Below, one piece after another: positions 8,629 to 17,557 of a stretch of 64,000 nucleotides of DNA. Within the stretch, counting starts at the first letter, position 1. Each line of letters begins with the position of its first letter. Source of the stretch: Candidatus Woesearchaeota archaeon (lineage in GTDB: Archaea; Nanobdellota; Nanobdellia; Woesearchaeales; GW2011-AR9). The notes beneath the pieces were generated by a model. That model did no database searches, was not told the origin of the DNA, and saw only the letters and a list, made by a program, of their open reading frames with translations. The stretch is taken from NCBI GenBank assembly GCA_945861715.1, contig CAMAVK010000003.1:3344-67343 (forward strand). The letters are read 5' to 3'. Both the position numbers and the translations under genes were made by a program.

Positions 8629-10755
8629 TTACATTATGTCGGCCTTTATCTGGTTTTCAAATGCCAAGAACACAGGCATTTCATTCATATAATCAGTAAT
8701 CCTGAGTTGTGTATCCATGCCCACCAATTCCACAATACGTTTGCGGTCAATGCCAAACGGTTGAAGTAATATCAAAAGTGACCGTATCAAGAGACTTTGA
8801 TAGTAGATTCTATCTGGTTTGCCGGAATATTGCTTTTCCATCACGGGGCAATTATGCTCTTGCATTAGATAGGTGATGAACATACCAGGGCGAATGGTAA
8901 TACCATCTGCTTGCAATTGTTCGGTTATTTTCTTTTGAGGGATATTATGTTTATAGGTCTCTTGGGAGAGTTGAATTTTGTGCAACAACCATGCTACGGG
9001 GAATCGTTCAATACTTAGAATACAGCGTCTGAGTACGGAGCAATACATCTCAAGCTGTTCCACAATTTCTTTCTTAGAATTGCAATGCTGCATCATATTG
9101 AGCACTTCCTGCTGAAAATATTTAACAAGCGGCGGAGTTTTTCGTTGCCTCACTTCAATACCTCGCACTTTCAAGTCCCCATGCGTAAACACGCCATAGT
9201 ACGTAGCAGGAAGCGGTCGATCAGGATTGTTAATAGAAGGCAAAAAGACAATCCATTTGAAAATACCATCACTCGCAACGGGAATACCCACCAGCCCCCC
9301 AAGCTCTTGACAAAACGCCTTAACCTCCTCTGAAGTAACTCCTTTCTTTTTGATATACAGGGAATCAACAATCCCATGCACAACTTCAAACCCGCGCGAT
9401 TCAGCAAGCCGCGCGGATTGTAAAATAATATCGCGAGCATAGGCACAAATTGCCATGTGAGATGTCGCAATACCTAATTTAAACTCACGAAATCGTAAAT
9501 AGCCATACGCCGTAACCAGCACATACTTCAATGCTTGAGCGCGAGAATCATTCATACTACTTCTATTTTTCTTGTAATACATTCTGCGATCCAGAATTGG
9601 CTTTATGGCTTCAGGAATGAGCCCCTTTTTCGCATGCGATATGGTAATGGGAAGACCGGGCACTTCTTCAAATGGCGCATCTCCAGAGAGTATAGTTTCC
9701 GCGGATATATTTTTATTATAAATAATCCAAGGGAACATAGAAGAGAAATCAATTTCTGCCACATCTTTATGAAATCCAACGCGAGCATCAAACGTGTGTC
9801 CTGCGCGATCACCTTTAAGAAGATGATACATGGAGAGCGGCAAATCAACCGGTTTCTCTTTATATGGGATGAGCATATCTTTACTGTACATCAACCGAAT
9901 CAGAGAGTATTGAAATGTAGCGCCAAAACTACGTGACGCCATCTGTTGAAATCGAGCTCCCGTAAGTTCACATAATTCTAAGATGCCATCAATATCACAT
10001 TGCGAACCAATAGTCGAGTTGGTATCAATTAAAAAGCGCCCATGCAATCGAATTGCATAATCTCGAAACTGCACTTGACCATAACTGTAAAATGATTTAC
10101 CTCCCTTATACTGTATGGGTTCCGAGTCATAACGATGAAACGAACAAGCAATATTATACCATTCCAACTTTGCCGCAAGAAACGGCAGCTGTGCAAAACC
10201 AAAATCCATAATCAACACATCAGGATCGGACTCTTGGAAGAGTTGCGTAAATTGCTTGAGTATCTCTTGTTCAGTTCCTTGGATGATTTGTGTGTTAAAT
10301 TCTATTTGTTGAATGGTTTGTTGTTCTGAAGTTATCTTAAGCCTAGCCGTAGTAAGTGAAACCGGATGTTGCTCAGCAAGAACGTGGAGGTTTTCATCTA
10401 CATAAACTCCAGGATAGAGATGGTATTTGTAGAAGAATTCTTGCTCTGGTGCAATATCTGCGTTGTAGAGGGTGAGTGAGTGTTTAGAGAGCTTCTCTAT
10501 TTTTCTCACAATGGTTTCATAGAGTTGGAGATTGGTGATTTCAATTTCTAAAACATCAACGTCTTGACTGAGATAATTCTTCTTGGTAGTTTTACTGTAG
10601 GGGAGATTATAGGTTTGACAAAAATCTTCGCCACTGGATTCCATATAGATTTTGGTGGCAAACGATCTCTCTAGTCTGACGTTGCCCTCTTTGGTTTTAG
10701 CCCAGAGAATGATGTGGTTATCTGTTCTGTATGCGTCGAAGATCCAGTAGTTCAT
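8629..10755 (-). CDS. polB: family B DNA polymerase (divergent; apparently degenerate 3'-5' exonuclease motifs)
   Basis: 708 aa. N-terminus YWIFDAYRTDNHIILWAKTKEGNVRLERSFATKIYMES resembles cellular archaeal PolB. Motif A is DFSSMFPWII, motif B is KYVLVTAYGY, motif C is HGIVDS instead of YGDTDS. The Exo I position reads MDFGF instead of FDIET. Confidence 0.85.
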   Translation of the reverse strand: MNYWIFDAYRTDNHIILWAKTKEGNVRLERSFATKIYMESSGEDFCQTYNLPYSKTTKKNYLSQDVDVLEIEITNLQLYETIVRKIEKLSKHSLTLYNADIAPEQEFFYKYHLYPGVYVDENLHVLAEQHPVSLTTARLKITSEQQTIQQIEFNTQIIQGTEQEILKQFTQLFQESDPDVLIMDFGFAQLPFLAAKLEWYNIACSFHRYDSEPIQYKGGKSFYSYGQVQFRDYAIRLHGRFLIDTNSTIGSQCDIDGILELCELTGARFQQMASRSFGATFQYSLIRLMYSKDMLIPYKEKPVDLPLSMYHLLKGDRAGHTFDARVGFHKDVAEIDFSSMFPWIIYNKNISAETILSGDAPFEEVPGLPITISHAKKGLIPEAIKPILDRRMYYKKNRSSMNDSRAQALKYVLVTAYGYLRFREFKLGIATSHMAICAYARDIILQSARLAESRGFEVVHGIVDSLYIKKKGVTSEEVKAFCQELGGLVGIPVASDGIFKWIVFLPSINNPDRPLPATYYGVFTHGDLKVRGIEVRQRKTPPLVKYFQQEVLNMMQHCNSKKEIVEQLEMYCSVLRRCILSIERFPVAWLLHKIQLSQETYKHNIPQKKITEQLQADGITIRPGMFITYLMQEHNCPVMEKQYSGKPDRIYYQSLLIRSLLILLQPFGIDRKRIVELVGMDTQLRITDYMNEMPVFLAFENQIKADIM

Positions 10756-10877
10756 GAGTTCACCTCTTCTGTTTTGTAGTGTGGTATCTACACTTTGATT
10801 TTTTATTGTAGAAGTTACTTAAAAAGAACCTATATACTTGACCAGTGGGTATGTGGGTTAAGAAATAAAAAAGATAA

Positions 10878-11207
10878 TTAATATTTAAATTTTCGTTCAT
10901 ACTCCTTATGGTCAAACCATTCTAAAATTGCGGATATCAACTCTACTTCATTATCTGGTGCGATGGTGTATATTAATCTCCATCCGCGCGGTAAGTCGTA
11001 TTTCCAGAGGTTGTTAATTTCATACTTCTGAACATACTCTTTTGGAAAAAGTCACTTGGGTATTTGAATTCCTGAGAACGCATTTTCTTTTAGTTCTTGG
11101 ATAGCGCGACGCATTGCTTTTTTTATTGGATCATCTTCTTTGAGTTCGTTAAAATTTTCTTCTAGTTCATCGGAGATGAAAACAACTTTAGATGGTTTTA
11201 TGATCAT
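10878..11207 (-). pseudogene. RelE/ParE-family toxin gene interrupted by an in-frame TGA at 11052-11054
   Basis: My translation: MIIKPSKVVFISDELEENFNELKEDDPIKKAMRRAIQELKENAFSGIQIPK*LFPKEYVQKYEINNLWKYDLPRGWRLIYTIAPDNEVELISAILEWFDHKEYERKFKY. The C-terminal W(R)LIY...hRK.Y pattern is typical of RelE/ParE. Its ATG overlaps the stop of the upstream ORF (ATGA). Confidence 0.6.
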
Positions 11208-11497
11208 TGTATTTCTTTACGTGAACGTAATTTGTTTGCTAAAATTGGATTCCATATATACGCGATTTTTCCCTCTTTATCGGTTGCAATTTTGTTGATG
11301 CTTTCTAAATATTCTAATACCACAATGAATGTTTGCCACATAACTTGCTTCGGAAGTTTTTTCCATATTTCAGTGCGGTTAAATTCTCCGCTATATTCCT
11401 TTATAGTTCGCTCTACCATAAGTACTGTATCCAGAGTAGGTGAGCGGGTGTACGGGTTTTCTATTACTTCTAAAGTCATATTTACTTGGTATATCAA
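11204..11497 (-). CDS. putative antitoxin partner of the RelE-like gene (97 aa hypothetical protein)
   Basis: Overlaps the RelE-like start by 4 nt (ATGA coupling), as is typical of type II toxin-antitoxin pairs. I recognise no RHH/Phd motif. Confidence 0.35.
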   Translation of the reverse strand: MIYQVNMTLEVIENPYTRSPTLDTVLMVERTIKEYSGEFNRTEIWKKLPKQVMWQTFIVVLEYLESINKIATDKEGKIAYIWNPILANKLRSRKEIQ

Positions 11498-11550
11498 TTG
11501 ATATATAAACTTTTTCTTCTATTTTGGTAATTATTCTGATTGTACAACGC

Positions 11551-12222
11551 TTATTTGTTCTTCTCGTGTTCTAACTTATGAATCTTTTTTTCTTGTTCTA
11601 ATTGTATTGAGAGTAAGAGCAATGCCCACGTATGCAGTGATGACGCATTCGAAATCGAGCCAAAATGTTTGAGCGGTTCTTTCAGCATCTGAGAGTAGAT
11701 CAGTTGCTCATCGGCTCTGAGTGCTTTACCATAGTCAGCAAGTTCTTGCAGTAACGAGTCCGTCACAATGCGTTGCGATGATGCCGTATGTCCCATCTGT
11801 TTCACCTCATATCTCCGTACACCATGCTTTTTTGCAAGTTGACAATGAATTGTATCATCTTGAATTGCCAAATAGACATCTTTCATCTTAGCCAATTGTG
11901 CAATAACCCCCCAACACGCTTCAAAGACATTCATATTTTCTACCTTGTCATCAAAATCAAAGAGATGATTAAATGTCGAAATGAAAATAATTTTGTGTCG
12001 TGTCTTCTGAAGCGACAGTATCGTCGGTTTGAATCTGTACAATGATTCAGCGGGAATAATTTCTAAGTTGCAAAGTTGAATGAGTTCAAAGTCCGTAAAG
12101 AGGTGTGGGTTGGTGCAGTTAGCACTATCAATAAAGAGCGCTGGCGCTAACTGTAGCGCTTCCTTAATAAGTTGATAATTGACCGCCCGAGCACTCCTCC
12201 CAAAGATGCCATAGAGGGTCAT
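11551..12222 (-). CDS. RecA-fold (RadB/KaiC-like) protein with degenerate Walker A
   Basis: LYGIFGRSARAVNYQ...ALFIDSANCTNPHL and KIIFISTFNHLFDFDD parallel the RadB layout (vYGp.gsGKT...vyiDte...lvvvDSi) but GKT is replaced by RSARAVN. Confidence 0.35.
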   Translation of the reverse strand: MTLYGIFGRSARAVNYQLIKEALQLAPALFIDSANCTNPHLFTDFELIQLCNLEIIPAESLYRFKPTILSLQKTRHKIIFISTFNHLFDFDDKVENMNVFEACWGVIAQLAKMKDVYLAIQDDTIHCQLAKKHGVRRYEVKQMGHTASSQRIVTDSLLQELADYGKALRADEQLIYSQMLKEPLKHFGSISNASSLHTWALLLLSIQLEQEKKIHKLEHEKNK

Positions 12223-12258
12223 ATCAGAAGAAAATTGTCGGGCTTTTTATAGATACGC

Positions 12259-12286
12259 CGCACTTGTCCAGTGCGGGAGTGGCTCT
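12259..12286 (+). repeat. 28-nt element, copy B (identical to 6849-6876); TATA-like TTTATAGATA at 12246-12255
   Basis: Perfect 28/28 identity with copy A; sits about 140 nt upstream of ORF 12429..13103. Confidence 0.7.
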
Positions 12287-12428
12287 ACCATCTATACACC
12301 GTCCCGCCCGCCATCATATTCACACAAGACAACGGACTTTCCTCACTCTATATTGAGGTGATAAGAATCACCACCACTAATTAACTAGTTCCACAAGTTT
12401 GAAATACTAACTATCGGAGGAATTTAAC

Positions 12429-13103
12429 ATGATACCATATCCAACAGAAACCACAAATGCAACATTTGGCGTAAAAGGTCGATATCAACCAGAGTTAGGG
12501 GAACTACTCTTAACCCAAGAAATTCGACCATTTAGCTTCCCATCAGACCAAGAAATCAATGCATCAATGGATATTGTAGTAGCAAACGTAACACGAATTC
12601 AAGGACTTCATGTATATGCAAATCTTCTTCACCTATTTAACGGCAATTATCAAGGGCCAAATAATGTAGAACAACAAGTCATGAGCCCAATTGCTCGTGT
12701 GAACTACAACCCCAATTTCCGTTTGAGAAGAACATTTGATGTTGTAGATCAATCCAATGCAACTTCAATCACCGATCTTTTATGGGGCTTTCACTTGGAT
12801 AGATATGCACACAACAAAGAATTAATTGATCTACACCCATCATCGAAACCAGAACAAAATCGAAAATGGGATACATTTAGACAACAAACCATTACCCGCT
12901 TAGAAACCTATATCGGTCGCAAAATCGAAGGAGAAACTCTAAACGAACGAGCTTCAAACGCAGCAAATATGGAAGTAACACCACCACAAAAAGAAAGCAT
13001 GCCTCGAGATACCTATTGTCGTACTATCGCAGCAATTACTGCAAAACCGTACATTACATCATCGACCTTCGAGGCTTTCAGCAAACAATACCAACTAGAC
13101 TAA
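12429..13103 (+). CDS. hypothetical protein (224 aa)
   Basis: ORF downstream of the 28-nt element and TATA box; no motif recognised. Confidence 0.4.
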   Translation: MIPYPTETTNATFGVKGRYQPELGELLLTQEIRPFSFPSDQEINASMDIVVANVTRIQGLHVYANLLHLFNGNYQGPNNVEQQVMSPIARVNYNPNFRLRRTFDVVDQSNATSITDLLWGFHLDRYAHNKELIDLHPSSKPEQNRKWDTFRQQTITRLETYIGRKIEGETLNERASNAANMEVTPPQKESMPRDTYCRTIAAITAKPYITSSTFEAFSKQYQLD

Positions 13104-13149
13104 TTTTTTATTTTACTAGCACTCTTCTTCTTCTTCTTCTACTTATTTT

Positions 13150-13713
13150 CTACTCAACCTCAATCTCAAAATAATCCAACAAGGCCAACACATCAGGATG
13201 AGAGAACTTTGCACCCTTAACCTTATTCACTCTTAAATCAAAAGAATAACCCGTTGCCCCTCGAAAATCCACACCACACAAATTAGAATTATGAAACTCG
13301 GTCTTATCAAACACGCACAGAGAGAATGACCCCCCATGCAAATCAGAATTCCCAAATGAACATTCCGCTACCTTACACTTCAGAAAAATTGTCGCTGGAA
13401 TTCGCAAGCTAGAAAAATTACAATTATATATCATGCATTGATCAAATCGCATTGACATAAGAAACATACTCATCTTACTGAAATTAACCCCTAGCAATTT
13501 GCATCCCAAAAAAACAGCCCCCTGCATTCGACATCCATCCAGAATAGTATTGCTAAAGTTACAAGAGGTAAACATACAATCAATAAAGATCGAACCTGTA
13601 AAATCACCAGAACTAAAATTACAATCAACAAACTCGCATTCAACATATTCTGCAACCGGAACGACTCGAAACGACCAATCCTTATGACCAAACTTTTGTT
13701 TATCAAACAACAT
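13150..13713 (-). CDS. pentapeptide-repeat protein
   Basis: Tandem A(D/N)LxX-type pentapeptide repeats throughout (CEFVDCNFSSGDFTGSIFIDCMFTSCNFSNTILDGCRMQGAVFLGCKLLGVNF...). Confidence 0.75.
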   Translation of the reverse strand: MLFDKQKFGHKDWSFRVVPVAEYVECEFVDCNFSSGDFTGSIFIDCMFTSCNFSNTILDGCRMQGAVFLGCKLLGVNFSKMSMFLMSMRFDQCMIYNCNFSSLRIPATIFLKCKVAECSFGNSDLHGGSFSLCVFDKTEFHNSNLCGVDFRGATGYSFDLRVNKVKGAKFSHPDVLALLDYFEIEVE

Positions 13714-13815
13714 GAACCAAAAAAGTAATCCTCAGATAATAAACATTCCTTACCCAAAATAAGCAAAAAGCAGGTAACATTTATCATAAATACCATCAAA
13801 TCCCTTCTAAATCCC

Positions 13816-15093
13816 ATGGAACAACAATGCTCGATATTTGGAAAATGCGGCGGCTGCGACATCCAACACCTTAGCTACGAAGAACAAATAAGACAGAAAG
13901 TCGGACGTATTGAACAAGCTCTCAAATTCAAAGCTGATATCATCAGCCCCTCAGAACCATACAGCTACCGCAATAAATTAGATTGCATCATTCGGAATTC
14001 AAAGATATGCATGCGAGAAAAAAACTCTGCAAGCCGATATATTGAACTCGATACCTGTCTTATCGCTTCCCCCATTATACAATCTTTAATCGAAGAGATG
14101 CGCGCTATTATCCAAACAAATAAACACCTCAATTGGCAAAGCGCCATACGAGTGATTACCTTTCGCGCAACCAACGCAGGAGATACTGGTATCTATCTAG
14201 AGTTTACCCAAGGCGACGATAATATTGTAAAAATAATTAAACTTATCACCCAATCAATATTATCCCTTCCTCCATCAACCTCTCCTACTCAATCAGCTCC
14301 CCTAATATCATCAAACATCGCATCTCAAACAAATCAAACTACCAATATCGCTGTTCCTCACACCGCATCCGCAACTGCTGTCCTCCCTCCTCCTCCAACC
14401 ATCATAATTACTGCCAAAAACATCGCGTATGGAATCTGTGAAGAAGGAAAAGAGTACCCAGATAAACTTATAGCAATCAAAGGAAACACCTACCTTGAAG
14501 AAAAACTAAACAACAAAATATATCATTTTGCAATCAACGGCTTCTTTCAAAACAATTCCAACGGAGCAGAAAAAATGCTTCAGTACGTCTACACCATTCT
14601 AAAACATAACAAAGATAAAACACAACACATACTACCAAACACAACACAAAACGCAACACTAATCGATCTATACGGAGGCGTCGGAACATTTGGAATCTAC
14701 TGCGCAGATTTATTCAAACAAACTAATATAGTAGAAGGAGTGGCACCAGCTATCGAGTTCGCAAAAGATAATATCAAAATAAACAACATCAAAAACGCAA
14801 CCGCCTTCTGTCTTGATGCAAAGCAACTAGATCGTATCAAAATCCAAGGACCAACGTATTGTATCCTCGACCCGCCACGGGTGGGCATGGACATTCGTGC
14901 CATAACCAATGTGCGCAATCTCAAACCAGAAAAGATTATATATATCTCTTGTAACCCACAACAGCTTGCAAAAGACATACCAAAATTCAAAGAATACACT
15001 CTAACTAGTCTCGGAATATTCGACATGTTCGCCCAAACAAATCATGTTGAAGTAATTGTAGAATTAACCAAAAAAACAGAGAATTCACCATGA
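13816..15093 (+). CDS. RumA/TrmA-family RNA (uracil-5)-methyltransferase with N-terminal Fe-S cluster motif
   Basis: N-terminal CSIFGKCGGCDIQH (Cx5CGGC). C-terminal SAM-MTase motifs DLYGGVGTFGIY, ILDPPRVGM, ISCNPQQLAKD. Contains a P/S/T-rich insertion of about 60 aa. Confidence 0.75.
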   Translation: MEQQCSIFGKCGGCDIQHLSYEEQIRQKVGRIEQALKFKADIISPSEPYSYRNKLDCIIRNSKICMREKNSASRYIELDTCLIASPIIQSLIEEMRAIIQTNKHLNWQSAIRVITFRATNAGDTGIYLEFTQGDDNIVKIIKLITQSILSLPPSTSPTQSAPLISSNIASQTNQTTNIAVPHTASATAVLPPPPTIIITAKNIAYGICEEGKEYPDKLIAIKGNTYLEEKLNNKIYHFAINGFFQNNSNGAEKMLQYVYTILKHNKDKTQHILPNTTQNATLIDLYGGVGTFGIYCADLFKQTNIVEGVAPAIEFAKDNIKINNIKNATAFCLDAKQLDRIKIQGPTYCILDPPRVGMDIRAITNVRNLKPEKIIYISCNPQQLAKDIPKFKEYTLTSLGIFDMFAQTNHVEVIVELTKKTENSP

Positions 15094-15356
15094 CTGAAGA
15101 AAGCAAAAACAATTGGACCGCAAAATTTAATCGTGCCTGTTCCTCGGTTCTCCCCATAGCAAAAAATCGTGTTGGTGCATGTAATGATTGTGGTGCATGC
15201 TGCATGTTACCAACCCCATGCCCGTTCCTCAGATGGAAAGACGACGGAAAATCATATTGCAAAATTTATCTCGTAAGACCTCCAAATTGCAGAAAATATC
15301 CAAGAACCGAAAAAGAATTCATCACAAAAGATGTATGCGGATATAAATTTGTATAA
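15090..15356 (+). CDS. YkgJ-like cysteine-cluster protein (CxxCxxCC)
   Basis: 88 aa with CNDCGACCMLPTPCPF...YCKIY...CRKYP. Its ATG overlaps the RumA stop (ATGA). Confidence 0.5.
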   Translation: MTEESKNNWTAKFNRACSSVLPIAKNRVGACNDCGACCMLPTPCPFLRWKDDGKSYCKIYLVRPPNCRKYPRTEKEFITKDVCGYKFV

Positions 15357-15405
15357 GCACATCACTCAAGCAACATATCCAGTTTTCAACTGTTCACTCC
15401 TTAAC

Positions 15406-15879
15406 TTATTCTCGAATAATATACCCGCCATTCTCCTCATAAAAAACCGCTCCCATAAAATTATCCCTTTTGGTTTGGGTATATAGTGGCGATTGATACA
15501 ACTGATTCACAATTGCACAGAGTTCACTTGCAACATCTAAATTTGTCATACGAATACCTTGACCCTGAAGCATATAATTAATCCCGTTTTTTTGAGCCTC
15601 AGAAGCAAGATTATCTAAACGAGAATCAACATGCACATTTTCCATACCTAAAATAAGAGATATTTCCAAATCAGATGGTACCTGGGCCATCTCGCGAATC
15701 GTAGGCAACATCGATTCAATCTCATGCGCCGCCGCACTGCAATAGAAAAATCCGTACGCCTTCCCAACAATATCTTCTTGTACAACCATATTCCTCTTAA
15801 AATAAACCGAGTTTATAATCTTGACTAACAAAATTTTATCTGATAGGTAATCCCTCGCTCGCATTTTCATCACTCTCAT
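15406..15879 (-). CDS. hypothetical protein (157 aa)
   Basis: ORF only. Confidence 0.3.
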   Translation of the reverse strand: MRVMKMRARDYLSDKILLVKIINSVYFKRNMVVQEDIVGKAYGFFYCSAAAHEIESMLPTIREMAQVPSDLEISLILGMENVHVDSRLDNLASEAQKNGINYMLQGQGIRMTNLDVASELCAIVNQLYQSPLYTQTKRDNFMGAVFYEENGGYIIRE

Positions 15880-16376
15880 CGAATCAACAATCCCTCCTCA
15901 CATAACCAAAAAGTTCTGCACATCGCAAAAAACAATTGCACCTTACTATGTGAAATGCAATCAAATATCTTATCCAGTTGCAAAACACTTATATACCTCC
16001 CTCCCTTCTAAGAAACTGGTAAGCACATATACACTACCGGACCGACATTTGGGGAAATGGAAGTCAATTCACAAGGTGGTATATGTCAACCATAAGAAGG
16101 GGGGATATCATGGAAACCAACGGTCGAAGGTACGCAAGCATCTACCAGAAGCGTGAAGAGCTAAGTCGAATTCTAAGTGGACTATATGGTACCACATACA
16201 AAGCATCGCCAACGCTAAGATTAACATTTGAGCGTGAGCAACGAAACGAAGAAAGTTTTTACGTGTAAATCGTAATGTATAACACCAAGACCTACTTCTT
16301 TTCTTTTTAGGATTTCTTTTTAATTCAAATGTAATAGACACACTGAGTTATAGCACTCTAATAAGCAACAAACTTC

Positions 16377-17201
16377 TTACGGACTAAGTAACTTACAATT
16401 CACCTTACTATTAAACTGCACATACCCAATTGATTCAATAGGTTTCAACGCATACAACCCCATGCCCCACACTAAATCAATAGTATGTGCCTCTCGAATT
16501 TTTCCCGTCTTGCCATCACGAGGAAGTCCAATGGGTCTACCCTTATACTCAAACACATCCTCATTCCATGGCGCTCCAAATATTGGAATCGGCAGGTCAG
16601 CTGCAGTAATGCGACTCTTCTCTAAAATAGTACGTAACTCCGAACTCACCTTCTGTGTATCCTTCATGCCAAATGCCTTATACGCAGTCTCATGCATTCC
16701 AGCAAGAATCTTTGCCCGCGTCGGCCCAGCATCTCTATATGAGCGAAAATACTCTGGCAAATACGCAGAGTCATAATACTTCTTGGACTGACCCATTGAG
16801 TAATTAATATGAAACGAAACAAGCATCACCTTCTCATCCTCACTCATCCTAGAAAAACGATCTTCATTTGAAATAGTCATGCGGGAAACAAGTTTCTTCA
16901 AGCTACCCAAAGAAAAATCATTGCGTTGTTTGTTAAACGACCATAGCGGACGTTCATACCGAGAAGGCCATTCTTCATGGGGTTCATTAACACCCAATCG
17001 AAGACAAATATCGGTCACATCATAACTAAAATGACATTCAAACGGATTAAACCACGTAATCAACTGCAACGAATCAAAATTAGAATCCATCTCATCTGCA
17101 ATTGTAACCAAGGTCTCAAGAATACCTTCTGCTCCAAGTGGATGAACTCTCCAACTGCGAGGTGTAAGAACAGTTCCTAATTTAACCAGTGAAGTTGACA
17201 T
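16377..17201 (-). CDS. hypothetical protein (274 aa)
   Basis: ORF only. Confidence 0.35.
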   Translation of the reverse strand: MSTSLVKLGTVLTPRSWRVHPLGAEGILETLVTIADEMDSNFDSLQLITWFNPFECHFSYDVTDICLRLGVNEPHEEWPSRYERPLWSFNKQRNDFSLGSLKKLVSRMTISNEDRFSRMSEDEKVMLVSFHINYSMGQSKKYYDSAYLPEYFRSYRDAGPTRAKILAGMHETAYKAFGMKDTQKVSSELRTILEKSRITAADLPIPIFGAPWNEDVFEYKGRPIGLPRDGKTGKIREAHTIDLVWGMGLYALKPIESIGYVQFNSKVNCKLLSP

Positions 17202-17301
17202 AACACTACCATCAAATATTGATTTAAAAAGAATTCTAGTCTAAAAACATAAGTGATTGGCTCTTTGCAGAGTATCAGAAATAAATGTAATATGTAAAAA
17301 G

Positions 17302-17396
17302 CGCCCCAGGTCAGATTTGAACTGACGACCTAATGGTATCTTGCCAAAACGATTGGTTAACAGCCATTCGCTCTAGCCAGGTTGAGCCACTGGGGC
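17302..17396 (-). tRNA. tRNA-Asn(GTT) with a 20-nt canonical (37/38) intron
   Basis: Folded by hand: acceptor GCCCCAG/CTGGGGC, D-arm GCTC..GAGC, anticodon stem AATGG/CCATT with loop CTGTTA plus intron ACCAATCGTTTTGGCAAGAT, T-arm GTCAG-TTCAAAT-CTGAC, discriminator G, no encoded CCA. Confidence 0.75.
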
Positions 17397-17557
17397 ACTA
17401 AATCCAACAACACAAGAGATTATTTATAAAGATTTTGCTCTCGAACCATAATGTCTCAACAAGCCCTAAATCTGTCAATCAAGCTCAATTCTACTCTCCC
17501 CTAATCTAAATCTTTAAAAACATTCACAAACACAAAACATTCAAAGAAGGTGATATC

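Noticed and set aside
8629-10755. PolB as a pipolin (piPolB) or casposon polymerase
   Set aside because: The N-terminal domain matches cellular archaeal PolB. There is no Cas1, integrase or terminal inverted repeat. Only the flanking direct repeats hint at mobility.
11052-11054. A genome-wide reassigned TGA codon (as in genetic codes 4 or 25) explaining the in-frame TGA in the RelE-like gene
   Set aside because: Long conserved genes (EF-1alpha 430 aa, Elp3 558 aa, PutA 1009 aa, the subtilases) are uninterrupted under the standard code and end at sensible positions. TGA therefore behaves as a stop elsewhere in the window. A single pseudogenising mutation is more parsimonious, although rare read-through cannot be excluded.
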